This document shows, piece after piece, positions 53,021 to 55,170 of a DNA stretch of 55,170 bases. The DNA lies in the IMG/VR virus record IMGVR_UViG_3300045988_134649; one strand, 5' to 3'. This stretch comes from a virus. The translations under genes and the position numbers were made by a program. The first letter of the stretch is position 1. Every line of letters starts with the position of its first letter. Under the pieces are notes generated by a model that had not been told where the DNA came from, ran no database searches, and saw nothing but the letters and a program-made list of their open reading frames with translations.

Positions 53021-53802
53021 AACAAAAATCAGGCAATATATCCAACAGCAATGTTTCAGGAGTGAATATTAACGGGAATGAAAATTCTATTTCTAATAAT
53101 ATTAATACAAGCCATAGTAAATGGTCTACCTTGTTGTCCACAATATCCATCGTTTCATCAATAGGCGTTTGGGTTTCATTGTATTTTACTATTCAACACG
53201 GAACTGCTATAACAAATGATTCGTTTATAGGAGCTATAGGAGGTCTAATGGGTATATGTGCAACTATAATTGTAGGATTCCAAATCTATAATTTTATAGA
53301 TATAAGTAAAAAGATACAAGATTCTAATAATCAGTATAATAATCACATTATCCAAATATCATCTAAACAACAAGAATTAGAAGTCCTAATATCGCAAACA
53401 AAAAACGAATTAAAAAAATCACGGTCAGACAACAATCTTCAATTTAATTTTTTGCAGAGCTATATTAATATAGTTCAGGCTATGGTAATTTCAAAAAAAC
53501 AACCATTTTCAGCTTTTTTATCTTGGTATTGTGCCATGAAATATGCAGCCACAGCTAATGACCATAAATTAATCACTTTAATAATGTATAATTTAGAAAA
53601 CCTATACAGAGATATTAAGAGTTTTGACGATAATGAAATATCCGAGTATATAAAAAATGATGATAATGAAAATATAAGAAAGGCTCAAAGTGTGAGGACT
53701 GAAAATATAAAAATTACCGATGCATATCAGGAGGCTCAAGACAGGTTTGAAGAAATTGCATCAGATATAAAGGAAATAATTTTCAAAAATCAAACAAAAT
53801 AG
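53017..53802 (+). CDS. Two-TM membrane protein with coiled-coil C-terminal domain
   Basis: The ATGA overlap with the HTH gene suggests translational coupling. TM segments WSTLLSTISIVSSIGVWVSLYF and AIGGLMGICATIIVGFQIY. Very AT-rich. Confidence 0.6.
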   Translation: MKQKSGNISNSNVSGVNINGNENSISNNINTSHSKWSTLLSTISIVSSIGVWVSLYFTIQHGTAITNDSFIGAIGGLMGICATIIVGFQIYNFIDISKKIQDSNNQYNNHIIQISSKQQELEVLISQTKNELKKSRSDNNLQFNFLQSYINIVQAMVISKKQPFSAFLSWYCAMKYAATANDHKLITLIMYNLENLYRDIKSFDDNEISEYIKNDDNENIRKAQSVRTENIKITDAYQEAQDRFEEIASDIKEIIFKNQTK

Positions 53803-53826
53803 GATAAACTTATATTAGCTCTAAGT

Positions 53827-54597
53827 ATGAAAATACATCATTATACTTCTATTGAAGCATTAGAAATGATTCTCAAGAACAAAAGTATAAAATTTAATCG
53901 TTTAGATCAAGTGGATGATAAAGCCGAATATAAATATGACTCAACAGTTTATGATACGAATATTAAATTAGGCAAATATACTTTTGTAAGTTGTTGGACT
54001 AAGCTGAAAGTGGAAAATATTGATTTATGGAATCGATACGGAAAGGGAAATAAAGGTGTAAGGATAAGTTTGGATGAGGATATGTTTGAAACTTACGATG
54101 TGGGAACTGTTAATAGGTCATTTTATAATAATAGGGAATATTATTTTGAAAATTTTGTAGTCAGTTCTTATATTAATAAAGTTAATCTTGTTGAGGTGAA
54201 ATATGAACAAAATATTGAGCCATATTATAAAGAAGCTATCAAATGCTTTGATCAAGGATTTGCGTTTAAATATGACAATATTGGTATTTACAAGAAAAGA
54301 GAATGGGCATTACAGAACGAAAGCCGTTTCATTATTCACGCACAACCGTTTGAACCAGCCTTAATGAGCAGTCACCCTTTGAGTTTTCCGTTGGCTCTTG
54401 GCGCTGCCTATAAAAATGGAATGGAGTTGAGCGAAAAAGCTCTTTATATTCCATTAAAACAAGAAGCCTTAGAAGATTTAGAAATAATGATGGGACCTAA
54501 AACCACTGATGAAGATCTGAAAAAGGTTGAAAAGATACTGAGAGATTGTTATATGATAGCAGAAATCAAAGATAGTGCATTAAAGGGAGATTTGTGA
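53827..54597 (+). CDS. DUF2971-like protein
   Basis: N-terminus IHHYTSIEALEMILKNKSIKFNRLDQVDDKAEY fits the DUF2971 pattern (HYTs..al..IL....l.f.....lND..E). Family assignment is from memory. Confidence 0.5.
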   Translation: MKIHHYTSIEALEMILKNKSIKFNRLDQVDDKAEYKYDSTVYDTNIKLGKYTFVSCWTKLKVENIDLWNRYGKGNKGVRISLDEDMFETYDVGTVNRSFYNNREYYFENFVVSSYINKVNLVEVKYEQNIEPYYKEAIKCFDQGFAFKYDNIGIYKKREWALQNESRFIIHAQPFEPALMSSHPLSFPLALGAAYKNGMELSEKALYIPLKQEALEDLEIMMGPKTTDEDLKKVEKILRDCYMIAEIKDSALKGDL

Positions 54598-54756
54598 TAT
54601 GACTATTATAGAGAATATTAGATTATGTTTGGCTAAGTATAGTAGTTCAATCCATTGCCAACTTTCGTAGTAAACGCCATCCATCATAAACCTAAAAGGG
54701 AACAATTTAAATAAAGACCAATATATCATTGAAGGTATAGCTGTAAAATTAGACAA

Positions 54757-55032
54757 ATGAAAACCATAATATCTCAATGTGCGTCCACTTGTGAAGGAAC
54801 AGACTATTGCCAACTCACCCCTACCTGCAAAGGCTGGGGGTGTCGGTTTCTTACCACTCCCATAGATAAGTTGCCGACCACCGACAAGGAGAAAGCAAAA
54901 CTGTTCTCCAAGGTGTACCGGGAAGCGAAAGAAAAGGGGGTACTGGAATGTCCGCACTATCGTTCGCTTTTCATCGACGAGGTTCTAGAGAACATTGAGA
55001 AAAGTAACGTTATACAACAAAACATGAGCTGA
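54757..55032 (+). CDS. Small Cys-rich protein
   Basis: 91-aa ORF. CASTCEGTDYCQLTPTCKGWGC. Followed across the circular junction by the hairpin at 17-60. Confidence 0.45.
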   Translation: MKTIISQCASTCEGTDYCQLTPTCKGWGCRFLTTPIDKLPTTDKEKAKLFSKVYREAKEKGVLECPHYRSLFIDEVLENIEKSNVIQQNMS

Positions 55033-55122
55033 TTTTTCCTATTTATTGTCGACATCAGATTTAAACCAGCCTATAAAGAAGTGATACACAGATTATAGTG
55101 GTATTTCCAATACTATAAGTCT

Positions 55123-55170
55123 AGTTTAGTTTTTGTGTGAAGCACTTCCTCCGTAAGCGAACGCTGGAAG
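55123..55170. repeat. Terminal direct repeat, right copy
   Basis: Identical to 1..48. Confidence 0.95.

Noticed and set aside
54580-54957. Minus-strand 125-aa ORF overlapping the ends of 53827..54597 and 54757..55032.
   Set aside because: It has no co-directional neighbours, overlaps two better-supported + strand genes, and has an implausible composition.

Overview
The window looks like a complete, terminally redundant tailed-phage genome of about 55.1 kb. The first 48 bp are repeated verbatim as the last 48 bp. Gene content suggests a temperate phage of a Bacteroidota host: a Bacteroides-type tyrosine integrase, PcfJ/PcfK-like and DUF5053-like proteins, and a TAnnTTTG-type promoter motif. 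Host assignment is inference only.

Layout:
- 1-1.4 kb: integrase, next to the repeat.
- 1.9-4.7 kb: accessory island, including an AT-rich histidine-kinase-like plus receiver-domain gene pair.
- 4.8-6.1 kb: lysis cassette with a GH108-type endolysin.
- 6.4-9.6 kb: two paralogous small serine invertases beside three promoterless cassettes that share an inverted or direct 5' repeat. This looks like a shufflon, sited just downstream of a 1320-aa tail fibre gene.
- 9.6-28.4 kb: one long minus-strand virion and packaging block. It holds fibre, portal-like, capsid, ClpP-type protease/scaffold, tape measure, TerL and TerS genes.
- 28.4-48.6 kb: minus-strand early and replication block. It holds ParB-like, YopX, MazG-like, ASCH, helicase-methyltransferase fusion, PcfJ/PcfK-like, a replication organiser with internal 12-bp iterons, VRR-NUC, SNF2 helicase, NinB-like, PD-(D/E)XK and Sak4-like ATPase genes.
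- 48.8-49.4 kb: cluster of three non-canonical tRNA-like genes.
- 49.6-52.6 kb: LuxR-type regulator and small genes, a structured non-coding stretch, and a divergent switch region with two perfect 15-bp palindromes.
- 52.6-54.6 kb: cI-like HTH gene co-oriented with an AT-rich membrane protein and a DUF2971-like protein.

Strongest novelty candidates:
1. The tRNA-like cluster. By hand folding, all three members carry G3:U70 plus A73 (the alanine identity set), yet none has a normal anticodon arm. One is a 131-nt dumbbell of two tRNA-like domains.
2. The phage-borne two-component-like cassette at 2.5-4.6 kb.
3. The repressor-linked membrane/DUF2971 cassette.
4. The two-invertase shufflon.

All functional calls come from motif reading of the supplied translations and hand folding. 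No searches were run.
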